From the NCBI RefSeq assembly GCF_009914755.1, contig NC_060940.1: 64,000 bases of DNA; one strand, given 5' to 3'. This DNA is from the human T2T-CHM13v2.0 reference genome, Homo sapiens. Below, piece after piece: positions 11,176-24,378 of this stretch (position 1 is its first letter; each line of letters begins with the position of its first letter). Made by a program: the position numbers and the translations under genes. The notes beneath the pieces are model-generated. The model saw only the letters and a program-made list of their open reading frames with translations. It was not told the origin of the DNA and ran no database searches.

Positions 11176-13087
11176 GGAAGACAGGCCGCAGCTGATTTTT
11201 GAAGGAATTTGCAGAGTCCTTCTAAGGTGTTTGGTACATTATTCTATGATGTATGGTGGACTACAGTGGAAGGATTTTTACAGATTATTGGTGGGAGAGT
11301 GGATGAAGAGAAATTAATAAGCAGGGGATCAAAAGTCTAGGTGAAAAAACAGGAGGGCTTGCCTGAATTACTTTTTGGAATAGAGAAGGACATGGCACAA
11401 AACATTCCAACCTAAAGGCAAGACCCTCAAGGTTGGAGACGAAGTATCTTCTGGATGCAGACTGGGAAAAGTGATTAGCAGCAAATGGTCAAGATGAATG
11501 GGTAGAGACAAAACGTGGCTCACCAGGAGGGTGGTGACTCACTAATCTTCAAGAATGTATGGCTAAAGATTCAAAGCTCCTTACTAAAATTTAGAAAAGG
11601 CCCATAATGGAAGGAACTAAGCAAGTTTTGCCTTCTGCTACCTCTGAATTCATTATGTTGCCTGTACAAGTAGAACACATAGCAGGAACTGTGTTTTAAT
11701 ACTAATTACAATTATTTTCTGGTTACATAGATAAATGTAAATAACATTAAAGATGTGATCTGTTCCTGGACGCCATTTTTATCTTCTTTGTCAGAAGGAG
11801 GGAGAGAGAATGGCATCAAAATACCAAGGTTCTGTTTTTTTTTTTCCTTAAAAAAAAAAAAAAAGAAAAAAAGAAATGACCGGAAGCACAAATTGGATGC
11901 CTGCGCTTTTTTTTTTTTTACCAAAACCAAATACAACCTTACAGAGGTAATAAACCTTGTGATACAGTCTCAGGAGGATGTGCTATGAAAGGAGCCAAAT
12001 CAGGTAACCAGAAACAAATACCAAGTTCTTTACTGGTATTTTGAATGTTTATTAAACAGTTACCAATCCATTGCCATTTGTTTCCTTCACACTTTGTGCT
12101 CCCTCCTTCTTCCTTCTCTTGCAAAATCCTCACAACTTCTTCTGTCTTTATGTTCCTTTTTTTTTTTTTTTTGTTGAGATTATGCCTTGCAAAACCTCTA
12201 ATTAACCTGCCTAGCAAAAGCTGAACCTTCTTCAGACTACAGGGAGAGTAGCAGAAAAAATAAAAGTGACAAAGAAGAAAGCGAAGGAGTCTCTTTAGCA
12301 GGAAGAAGGAGGGGTCATTTCAGGGAAATTATTTTAATAATTCTTGTCCCATTACATAAATAATTCACTTTTTTCTTCTATGTCACTGTATTCCTAGGGT
12401 TCTTCTCAAAGCATAACTCTTCCACATTTAGACACGTTCAAAAATAAGAAATTAGAGAACACACTTCATTCTTTCCTTATCCTATCCAGTTATTTCAAGA
12501 CAAACATTTGAAAAACAATAATAAATTCAGACTGCAATAAAGGAAGGCTATTTGTTTTACTTTTGCAGGCACAGAAATTTTGTGAAATCACCAACAATTC
12601 AGAAAAGAAATGACATCATCATGCCCGAAAAAGTATAAATGACATAATCTCAAATTAACACATAAAAACGTTAATTAAAAATTTAGTTTTAAACCCCCCT
12701 ATTCTCTCCTTCCTCTTTTTTTTTTTTTTTTAATCATGGCCTAATACATCAAAACAGGCTGGATGTGTCAACGGCAGGATATTTGAGAATCAAGGATCTG
12801 ATTCAAATGTTTTATTTGTTCTTGATGGAAAATTCCAAACTGGCTTTTAAAGCCTTTCAATAATGCATGGAATCCTGAAGAAAAAGTTGCTTCCTAGAAG
12901 ATGTTGCTCTGTTCAACCTGTATTTTTAAGTGTCTTTTTCCTCTAATGTGGGTTTAAAAACAATAAGGAGAGACATATGCTACTTGGGTATTTTGTTGAG
13001 GCCATTTCCCTTTTTTTATCTGAGGTCATGTGAATGGATACTCATCAAAACAAGAGGGGCGTTTTTGGTTTCTCTTTTTGCTGATAA

Positions 13088-13526
<439 letters not shown>

Positions 13527-14596
13527 TAGATAACATGAAAAATGCAGAAAAACACAAAGAAGAAAAATCATTTCTAATTTTACCAGTGTTTATCATTAGT
13601 GTGTGCCATGGGGATATTTCCTTTCTAGCCCCACACACCCAGGCACCTTCCTGTTTTTTAACATTTATTTAACACATGGTTAATGACTTGCTACTATGCT
13701 GCAGGAATTGTATCAGGTGGTAGAAATACAATTTGTATTAATTGTAGATAATATTTTGTGATCCATTATTTTTTAATTTAATAAGATACTATGGACTGAG
13801 ATGTATTCTTCATGACGTGTGATGACAACGTAGTAATCCCTAATTCCTTTAGTTAATAAGTTCATTTTACCTTCTCATTTTGCCTCTCATTTGCTATTTT
13901 ATCACCTTTCACAAATAGGTTTATTTGTTGTTATTTTTTCCTGCTTTATTTGTAAGCAGTATTAGATAACAGTTGCACACGGAGAATTTTCAGGTACAAT
14001 TAACTTCTCTCTTTTTTGCGTGTAGGCTTATTTCTTCCTGACAAGTCTTTTGCCTTCTAAGTAACTTAGTGTTGAAACATTACATGAAAAAGCCACCTCA
14101 TTTGGTTCTTGCACAGTAATGTCTAAATCACATAAGAAATGCATTGAAAAAAACAATCGGGGAAAAAAGAGGGAGTAATATTGGCTAGCACATCTTTGAA
14201 TGCATCTGGAAAGAAAAGAGTAAATCAGGATTGAAATAGAAGCCAAAAGATGATATTTTTATGGAAAATAATTCCCCTCTCCTTTTCTTTCCCCAGCTCT
14301 TTTTCTATCTAATATGCATTTTTCTTTATATTATAAAACAGCTTTGCTCACCTTATCTCTGGTAGTTCTTTATTACTTCAGTGTCTTCTCATCATTTTTT
14401 AATGTTCTGGAAATGTAAACTACTTTCCTACCACTTTTCATTTTTGTGGATAGGGTGGCTGATGGGCTTTAAGTTTCAAGCTATGATGAAACAAGGAAAT
14501 AGATCACTTCTTACAGTGTAATAATGGAACTCTGTTGATGGGTCTAATAAAGAAGAAAAAAAATCAAACCTTATCCATCATCTCCATGACTTCTAG

Positions 14597-15017
<421 letters not shown>

Positions 15018-15611
15018 TAAAGGTTAGGGTTTTCTAAGGTTGTAACTTTTGCATGTGTATTAGTTGCCACACAAAGCATCAAGATAAGGAAACCAGCCCT
15101 TATGGGTCCTTAGCTTCATGACAATATCTAAAGGTCATACTGTTTTAAGCATACAGAAAACCCTCTAGTCAGAGTCTGTGTTAGCTGTTGTTTAAAAAAA
15201 AAAAAAAACTTCCATGTCTTGCTATTATTATGAGTTTGTATTTAAAAATTTCATTCTAACCAGCAAGAACACTTCCAGTGGGAATTTCTGATAAAGCAGT
15301 CAGGTTTTAGCTTGGAGATGTACTAAGTGCAGAAGTTTTGTGAGTTTTCTTCTTGGTCTTGCAAAGAAAAGCATGAAGCTATATAAGTCTTTCTGTAGGG
15401 GAAAAAAAAATACTTTTTTTCTTCCTTTTTTTTCCTTTCTGATGAGCATGGATGGAGGAGAGATCCATCCATATTCTGGATCATTATTGGCTCTGATGAT
15501 GGTTTTGTACAAGGAATAACCTCTCTTGGGGTAGTGATTCTTTTTAATGACCTTTATAAACCAGAATTTTTGTTCATCTGAGAAACTAATGAGGATTAAG
15601 GGAAGAAAGGG

Positions 15612-15892
15612 GGCCGGTTGTTGGGGCTCACTCATGTAATTCCAGCACTTTGGGGGGCCGAGACAGGCGGATCAGTTGAGGTCAGGAGTTCGAGATCAGC
15701 CTGGCCAACATGGCAAAACCTCATCTCTACTAAAAATACAAAAATTAGCCAGGCGTGGTGGTACCGGCCTGTAATCCCAGCTACTTGGGAGGCTCAGGCA
15801 GCAGGATCGCTTGAACCCGGGAGGCAGAGGTTGCAGTGAGTGCCGAGATTGCCTGGGTGACAGAGCACAAGACTCTGTCTCAGAAGGACAAA
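15612..15892 (+). mobile_element. AluS-type element
   Basis: Both arms; TSD aagaaaggg. Confidence 0.93.
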
Positions 15893-16657
15893 AAGAAAGG
15901 GATCCAACAGATATTTATCAGTTAATGTGTGAATTACCCATGGCATCATTACCTTTAGGTTTGCTCAGAACAAGTCCTGTTTATCCCTTGATCCTGGTGT
16001 AATTATTGACATCCCCCTTTCTGCTGACAGGTGTCCCAGTTTCAACGATGTATTATATAGTCATTCCATACTCTTAAACAAGAGAGTAATCAAATATAGA
16101 AGCCAAGCGTCCAGAACTATGGCTCAGACAAATTGGCAGTTGAATTTTGATTTCTGTACTTGATTTTTTCTGAGAAGCTGAAACTACTATACTTCAGTTA
16201 ACTTATTTGCGAAATATAGGTATTATAGTAATGTTTTTGCCGTATGGGTGTTGAGAAAATTAATATGTGAAATTTTGATCAAAGTACCTGATAAATAGTA
16301 AATACTCATTTGAAATTAGCAAATAATTATTCCTATATTTTTTTTCATTGAAGTCTTTCAGTGCTACGTGTTACAGCCTCCAAGTCATTTAATTTATAGA
16401 AACAGAAATACTTCCTGGTCTGCAGCAGTGGACACAGGAAGTGCCTTATAAGAAGATGGACACAGAAAGTGGTTTGCTGAAGTAAGAGGATGGTAAAACA
16501 GAGTGGATTCATCTATGATAAGTGTCTATAAAGGGATTATGGATCTAGAGAAATTTCTGTAAGTTTTCTTTTGGGTTAGTGTTCAAATTGGTAAAGTTGC
16601 CAGGGCGAGGTAGGAAAGTCACATTCAAGCCAGTGTTTCATATTTATTGGTTTATGA

Positions 16658-16945
16658 TTTTTTTTTGAGACAGTCTCACTCTGTCACCCAGGCTGGAGTG
16701 CGGTAGTATGATAACGGCTCACTGCAACCTCTGCTTCCTGGGTTCAAGCAATTCTCCTGCTTTAGCGTCCTGAGTAGCTGGGATTATAGGCACACACCAC
16801 CACGCCCAGCTAATTTTTGTATTTTTCCTAGAGATAGGGTTTCACCATGTTGGCCAGGCTGGTCAGAACTTCTGATCTCAGGTGACCCACTTGCTTTGGC
16901 CTCTGAAAGTGCTGAGATTATAGGCATGAGCCATTGCACCCGGCC
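16658..16945 (-). mobile_element. AluS-type element
   Basis: Poly-T, both arms. Confidence 0.95.
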
Positions 16946-16989
16946 AGTATTTCTTAAAGATAGGTAATAAGGTTGCATCTTTTTGCTCC

Positions 16990-17310
16990 TCGAAAGATGG
17001 GCTTTGCCATATGACTTACTTTGACTAATGAAATATGCAGGGAGGTGATGTGACTTTCTCATAGGTGGATGCTTGAAGTGACATTTTGTGAGTTACCACA
17101 TTTTCTAGCCCTTGCCTTAGAGATTTTGGATACATGAGGTGAGAGAAACCGTCTGTCAGCTCATGTCCCTGAGTGACTACAAAAAACAAAAGTTCCAGCC
17201 AACCTGTATTGAGCACATGGTACGAATGAGAAATAAACTTCCATTGCTATAAGCCACTAACTTCAGGGGCTGTTTATTACAGCAGCATTGTGTTGCCCAT
17301 ACTGGCTTAT
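16990..17310 (+). mobile_element. Old MaLR LTR (MLT1-type) 3' part
   Basis: gagaaataaacttccattgctataagccactaacttcaggggctgtttattacagcagca. Confidence 0.65.
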
Positions 17311-19369
17311 GCATCTTGCCTCTTGCTTACCTGTCATATCTTCTGCTGCTTTGCACTCTCATCTCTTCCTTCCCCCACTTGCCATTATCAGCAACACTTG
17401 CTGACCACCTATATGTGCAAAGTGCTTGGTGTCAATATGTTTCTCATAAGAACCTTATCAAGTAAATACTTATTATATCTTGCCACTGCCAGATGAAGAA
17501 ATGGGCTCAGAGGGTCACTGTTCACAAATCCCATAGTTGTAGGCAGAGAAAGAGTCAAACATGGGTCTTTCAAGCTCCAAATTCTGTTATTAACCACTGT
17601 GCTATCTGTCTTGTATTAGGAAGGAGTTCCCTTACTGTCTTTTGAGGTTTTTTTTTTTAATGTAAATGCCCTGAGTTTTTCAACACATATAAAAGGGTTT
17701 TATGAATCCTTTTTGTTCATAAAAGGAGATTAACATTAATTTCTGTGCAGAGTAGGATGAAATAGAGAAAGAAAGAACAGGAAAAATATAATTGGAATCT
17801 GTTTTCAACTCTGACGTGTTAGAACTAGGATTTTTACCCTTCTCAAAACAAATTCTAGGACACACATTCATGCAGTTGGCAAAGCCATGTGACTCTAGAG
17901 AACCGTGTTGACTGATTGGAAATGGGTAAAATTCTAAACAGCATCAGCTTGATGTGGAATTTCCAATTACTTAATTCTGGTTGGTTTTGAAGACACATGA
18001 GCTGACTGCTTCACGGGAATCAGGAATGAAGGGGAATCTGTTCAGAACGTATATGTCTCCCCGCAGTAAAAGCAATTCAAAGCCATAAATTACTTATATC
18101 ATCTCAGCGTCTTGGGGACTGCTTACTAATCTTAGGACCTATAAAATAAGGGATCAGAGGTAACATTTTCTACGTTGATGCTGTGAGATCTATGCATATC
18201 TATCTCTCAGCTGGCCCTACGAGTTTAAAAATTGTTAAACTGACAATTTACTAATCCTTCTTTTTGGATGATGATAATAATGATGATTTTTTGCATAAGG
18301 CTCTTGGACCACCTAGTTTTCACAGGATGGTGATGAATGAGTTTAGGGTTTGGCCCGAAAACCTTATTTCATCTAGAATTTTGCAGGCAGAGCCAAGAGA
18401 GTTAGCAGCCTGGGGTGGGGCAATGGAGAGAGCATTCCCTTTGGTCGCTTGAAAAAATCCGTGCCTTTTTGTTTGTCAGCACTACTGAAATTCAGCACTG
18501 CTAGGAAACAGAAATCTGATATTCCAAGATGCTCCTATTGGATTTTCACATATCTCATTTGCATTTGGATTGTTTCAGCAAGTCTTACCTCACTTCTGAT
18601 ACCTATAAATATCTAAGGTTTTAGTTGACGCACGTCTGGCTAGCTTCACAACAAGGATTTAAGAGCTTCATGATATTATTTGCCATGAATAATTGCTAGT
18701 GGAACATACTGGATCACCTTGTATAACTTTTGCAGGCTGGTTTTAATTTCAGGTTTGACTGTTATATTGTAGCTTTGCAAAGCAATAACAAATCATAATG
18801 TAGATGAGCAGAAACAAAACAAACGATGATGGGAATATTACCATAACCATAATTTTACAGCACAGTTTAATTATTTGGTTCAGTAATGTTGAATAATTAT
18901 TTCACCACCAAAACTCCTCCCCACCCCAGCCCCTCAACAAACTAAACAACTGTTTCACTACTAGCAACTAATTTATGAGGCAATTTCAGATTCTTATGAC
19001 TTCTTGTCGCTCTGAGATTTACAGTCACTAATAAAAGGCCCTAACTTTGAGAGACTTGAATTAAAACTCATTTATAAAGAGAATAAAAAATCAGACTTTT
19101 TCCATTTCTATCCGTAAGTGTCCATATTCCTGTAGACTTGGATGTAAGTGGATGAAGCCCACTATCCAGTGAATAACAGATGCTCATTAAATATTGGAAA
19201 GCAAATGAAGTCATAAATGCGTATAAAGTAGGCAGAGTCTTAGGAATGGACAAGATGACTTATCTTTCTTCTTACATTCTTTAGGATGGAATTTGATGAA
19301 GGTTCCTTTCTTTTGTTTTTGAATAAACCAACTGAAGTTTAATTCCATGTTTCAGAAAATCACCCCTGC

Positions 19370-19659
19370 TTTTTTTGGAGATGGAGTGTTGCTCTGTCCC
19401 CCAGGCTGGAGTGCATTGGCATGATCTCGGCTCACTCTAACCTCCCCCTCCTGGGTTCAAGTGATTTTCCTGCATCAACTTCCTGAGTAGCTGGGATTAC
19501 AGGCATGTGCCATCACGCCTGGCTAATTTTTGTATTTTTAGTAGACATAGGGTTTCAGTATGTTGGCCAGGCTGGTCTCAAACTCCTGAGGTCAAATGAT
19601 CTGCTCACCTCAGCCTCCCAAATTGCTGGGATTACAGGTGTGAGCCACCGTGCCCAGCC
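19370..19659 (-). mobile_element. AluS-type element
   Basis: Both arms; TSD core aaaatcac. Confidence 0.95.
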
Positions 19660-19669
19660 TCAAAATCAC

Positions 19670-20082
19670 TGTTGACTCTTTCCTCTCCCTTATCCCTCAT
19701 GCCCAAAGATCAACTCCAGTGGTTTATCCCCTCTTAATTACTGACTGAAACTTTTTGCTTCTCTCCATTCTCCTTCTATTCTCCTGGCCAAAGCCACTCT
19801 TCCCTCCTGCCTGGACTGCTGTCAACACTTCTAAACTGGCCTTTCTTCCTCCACTCTTGTCCCCATTAATCTATTCTCCATATACCAAAAAGAGTGATTT
19901 TCTGTTACATGATCGCCATCATTCTTGCTGAAATTTCTACTCTACCTTCCGCTGATTTTAGGATCAAGTCTGGAAATGTTGTCAGTGGCCCTCAAAGTGC
20001 AGTTGCTGCTTAGCCTATCGTGTCCTAAATCCGCATCTGATGGCACTTTGTCACAATCCAGGCTCTTTGAGAGAGGGAGAGA

Positions 20083-20132
<50 letters not shown>

Positions 20133-20430
20133 CCCTCGGTAGAGTATGGGGATCTCTGAAACCCTTTGTATACTCAATCCTATTGTTCATTATGATTGTG
20201 TGTAGGTATCGTTTCTGGAAAGCCTCTCAGTTACATACCCTTCTTTGTCTTTTCACAGCATAATTGTAATGGTACCTGTTATGTTTTAATATGATACGCT
20301 TTCTTTTCCACCAAATGGAAAACTGTGAGAGCAGTACTACGTCTGTCTTAGTCACCAACTTGTGCTCAGCACCTAGCATGGAGACCAGCACATAGTAGAG
20401 ATTTAATAATTGTTGTGTAAATGAATAAAA
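19670..20430 (+). mobile_element. L2 fragments with embedded (TG)n
   Basis: tcctgcctggactgctgtcaacacttctaaactggcctt... and 3' end cagcacctagcatggagaccagcacatagtag...aatgaataaa. Confidence 0.65.
20086..20130. repeat. (TG)n microsatellite, ~22 units
   Basis: Perfect TG run. Confidence 0.98.
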
Positions 20431-21949
20431 CACATCTATCCAGTTGGATAACTTGGGGTAGTTTGCTTCTCTGCAGTCTGTCTCCCTCTCTTCCTTCCTC
20501 CCTTCTCTCTGTTTCTCTCTTTTTCTCTTTCTCGTAGTAATAATAGCTTTACTATGACCATAGCTCTTTTTTTAATCGATCACCTTTTAACACTTTAAGA
20601 ACTATTTCTAAAAACTCAACTTAGGAAACAGCTGAATTAGCCCCTTGCTTTAGGTTTCAGGCTTCCCTGAATTCCCTAGGATTTTCTTATTTGAAAGTCT
20701 GGTTCCTGTTTATATTGGAAACATTCTTTAAAAAAAGATAAGAACGTTTGGAACGGCAACAAAACACCCAATTAATGTGCAACTACTTTGAATATTCCTG
20801 CAGTGGCAACGGTTAAAGTAGAATGATTGGACACTGTCACTGCTAGCAAAATTATAATCCAGGGTAAGCTAGATTTAGAGTTGTGTCTCAAAACCTGTGT
20901 TTTTTGTCCTTCAGGAGTTAAAAGTGCAAAAAAATAAAATAACTGAGATAAGAGTTGAATTGATGCCTTCGAACAAAATGGTTAAATTCTGTTTGGGTCT
21001 TTAAAAGAGTTAACAGAATATAACAATTCAAAGACTCCATGTTCCATAAAAATTGTGCTATTAGGAAGAAAGCCATACTTCTCAGTAACCTCCCTGACAC
21101 TTGCTCTGTTTTACTTCCCCGGCCGCAGCTGGTCTTGAGTATAATGCCATTGATTTTGAGAGATCTTATAAAGATAATTAGATATACTGCAGTGTGTTCT
21201 ATATTCTCAGCATTTCTGAGGCTATGCAAAGCCACCCAAACTTTTGAAATATGTACCTGGTATTTCTTACTTGAGAAACTTTTAGTTTCTATGCATTGGA
21301 AAAAAAAAAAAAAGCTCTATAGCAGACTTTCCTCCTGAAGCGTGAAGAAGGAATAAACGAGGAGTAGAGATTTTTGCCTCCTTTTTCATTTATGTAAATA
21401 AACGTATGAAATGGATTTTTAATTTATACATTAGTTATCTTGGTCCCAAAGCATAACTCTTTTAACACCTTGAGCTTCCTTATTTTGGAGGGGGAAAAAG
21501 AGTGCAAAATCATTAGAGACATGATTATGCTTTAATTTAGGTCTTTGAGTTATGTAAGCAGAATGCAATTAAAGAAGAAGTGCTCACTATGACTACCTAT
21601 TTCAAATAGGCTTTCAATTTTTCAGTTTTATGTGTATCTTCTGCAATTGCATAAAACTTCCTCAAGGCTATGACAGTGGATTATGGCTGTGTTCTTGTAA
21701 TTATTTTCAGCTTAAAAAAAAGAACAACTTTGCTGCATAAACTATTGAGTTAAACATATTACACGTCTAGTTTTTACTGGGATTGTGTAAGATTTTACAC
21801 CAGCCATGAGATTCTCTGCATTCATAGGTTTAGAAGGAAAATGTGAGTATTTATGGCATCATGATTGTCACTGTCACTATCATCCTCTCATTGTCGTCAT
21901 CACCATGAAAATCAGATCCACAAGTGTTATCTTGCTTAATTATTGCAGC

Positions 21950-22066
21950 AACTCTGTGATCTTTATTATTGCCATTTTCCAGATAAGGAAACCGAGACTT
22001 TGAAACATTAAGTAACTTGCATAAAGTCAGACAGCTAGGAAGCATAGTATCTGAAATAGGAAACCA
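21950..22066 (-). mobile_element. MIR, split by the U6-L1 insertion (resumes at ~23121-23155)
   Basis: ccattttccagataaggaaaccgagac...ttaagtaacttgcataaagtcagacagctagg; continuation agaagcttggcttcataacccatgttactaatc after the L1 tail. Confidence 0.8.
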
Positions 22067-22173
22067 TTGCTCACTTTGGCAGCACATATACTAACATTGG
22101 AATGATACAGAGAAGATTAGCGTGACCCCTGCGCAACGATGACATGGGAATTTGTGAAGCGTTTCATATTTTT
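22067..22173 (+). pseudogene. Full-length U6 snRNA retropseudogene (5' part of a U6-L1 chimera)
   Basis: 107 nt collinear with U6 with ~13 substitutions by eye (5 CpG transitions); ACAGAGA box 22107-22113 and AGC triad intact; ends in TTTTT; upstream is MIR with no U6 promoter. Confidence 0.96.
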
Positions 22174-23107
22174 AGTAAAAGTAGAAATACCTGTTGATCC
22201 ATTATCTACCAAAAGGAAAAGAAGTCATTATATGAAAAAGACACTTGCACATGCATGTTTATAGCAGCACAATTCACAATTTCAGAAATATGGAACCAGC
22301 CGAAATGCCCATCAGTGAATAAGTGGATAAAGAAACTATGGTGTGTGCATACACACACACAAACACATGCTACTCAGCCATAAAAAGGAATGAAATAGGT
22401 CAGGCAAAGTGGTTCACACTTGTAATCCCAGCACTTCGGGAGGCTGAGGCAGGTGGATAATCTGAGGTCAGGAGTTTTGAGACCAGCCTGGCCAACATGA
22501 TGAAACTGCATCTCCACTAAAAATACAAAATTAGCCAGGCATATTGGCAGGTGCCTGTAGTCCCAGCTACTTAGGAGGCTGAGGCAGGAGAACTGCTTGA
22601 ATCCAGGAGATGGAGGTTGCAGTTAGTGGAAGATCATGCCACTGCACTCCAGGCTGGGCGACAGAGCAAGACTCCATCTAAAAAAAAAAAAAAAAAAAAA
22701 AAAATGAAATAATGGCATTCGCAACAACCTGGATGGAGTGAGAGGCCGTTATTGTAAGTGAAGTAACTCAGGAATGGAAACCAAACATCTCATGGCTTAT
22801 CTCCCACTTACAATGGTTTTCCATTCCCGAGTTCCTTAACATTGTGTTAATATACTAACATATTCTCGCTTATAAGTGGGAGCTAAGCTATAAGGACACA
22901 AAAGCATAAAAAATGACATAATGTACTCTTGGGACTTGAGGGGAAGGGTGGGAGGTGGGTGAGGGATAAAAGACTACATACTGATTGGGTGATGGGTGCA
23001 TCAAAATCTCAGAAATGACACCCAATGAACTTACCCATGTAAGGAACATTACCTGTTCCCACAAAACTATTGAAATAATAATAAAAGAAAAACATTGTTG
23101 AAAAGAT
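22174..23107 (+). mobile_element. L1PB-type 3' end (ORF2 end, 3' UTR, A-rich tail), fused to U6 and interrupted by an Alu
   Basis: aaaagaagtcattatatgaaaaagacacttgcac...tttatagcagcacaattcac...gaagtaactcaggaatggaaa...gggataaaagactacata...aaaactattgaaataa. Confidence 0.9.
22398..22703 (+). mobile_element. AluS-type element inserted in the L1
   Basis: Both arms, poly-A; TSD aatgaaata. Confidence 0.96.
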
Positions 23108-23889
23108 AAAATTAGAAACCAAGAAGCTTGGCTTCATAACCCATGTTACTAATCTTAAAAATGATTCCAAGTTGGGCAGAAAATGGGGAGAAGTTGTGAG
23201 TGGGAGCAAGTGTGGTCAAGGACAGGGCGAAAAAAATGTAAGGACTCAAAATGTAGGTTGTAATCTTATCAATTGACTGTGTTACCCTAAGTTGCTTATA
23301 CCATTTAATCATATAATGCCTACAGTGCTTGTGCACATAATCATCTTCTTTGTATTATTATAGTGCTACGGTTGATGATGATGATATTATCACTATTGTA
23401 ATTCAGGAAATTTCAGTATCTCTGAAGACTCTTCGGTTGTCTAAACAATACAACTCGTTATGGTGGGGGTGCGTTTTTTAGAGAAACATTTATATTTTAA
23501 TCTGTCCTTTATACACAGCTTTGACCTCTCCTGTCCAATATGACCTACTTCTCTGAAGCTGGTAGTGGTTTTTGAGGTTTCATTTGCAATGTGTGGCTTC
23601 TTCCCAGGACTCACACAAGATTCGCTGAGAGTCTTCGAATTTTTTGAATCACCCTTAAGTGCAGTATACATCAATTCAGTGCTCTGGCAAAGACTATGAA
23701 TTATGTTTATGTCTGAAGCAAGGCCGTGGTTAAGGAAAATAGTAGATGTGTTAAGACCTTGTTTATTTCAGCAGAGAAGGTTAGAGTTGATCCACATCTG
23801 GATAAAAATAATTTTAACCTAGGAGAAGTTATATTTTCTTTATACCATAAGCTCCCCTTCTCTGGTAGCCTAAATGAATCAGCGCCACA

Positions 23890-24180
<291 letters not shown>

Positions 24181-24184
24181 TTAA

Positions 24185-24378
24185 AAAAAATAAGCAGGCA
24201 TAGTAACACACGTCTATAGTCCTAGCATCTCGGGGGGCTGAGGTAGGAGGGTCACTTGATCCAGAAGGAACCCCGGAGATTGAGGCTGCAGTGAGCCATG
24301 ATTGCACCATTGCACTCCAGCCTGGGCAACAGAGGGTGAAGGACCCTCTCAAAAAAAACAAAGCAAAGCAAAACAAAA
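24185..24378 (+). mobile_element. Alu right monomer in tandem with the preceding Alu
   Basis: ctatagtcctagc...gaggctgcagtgagccatgattgcaccattgcactccagcctgggcaac, A-rich tail. Confidence 0.85.

Noticed and set aside
22067-22173. Functional U6 snRNA gene
   Set aside because: ~13 substitutions with CpG decay, no upstream PSE/TATA context, and fused to L1
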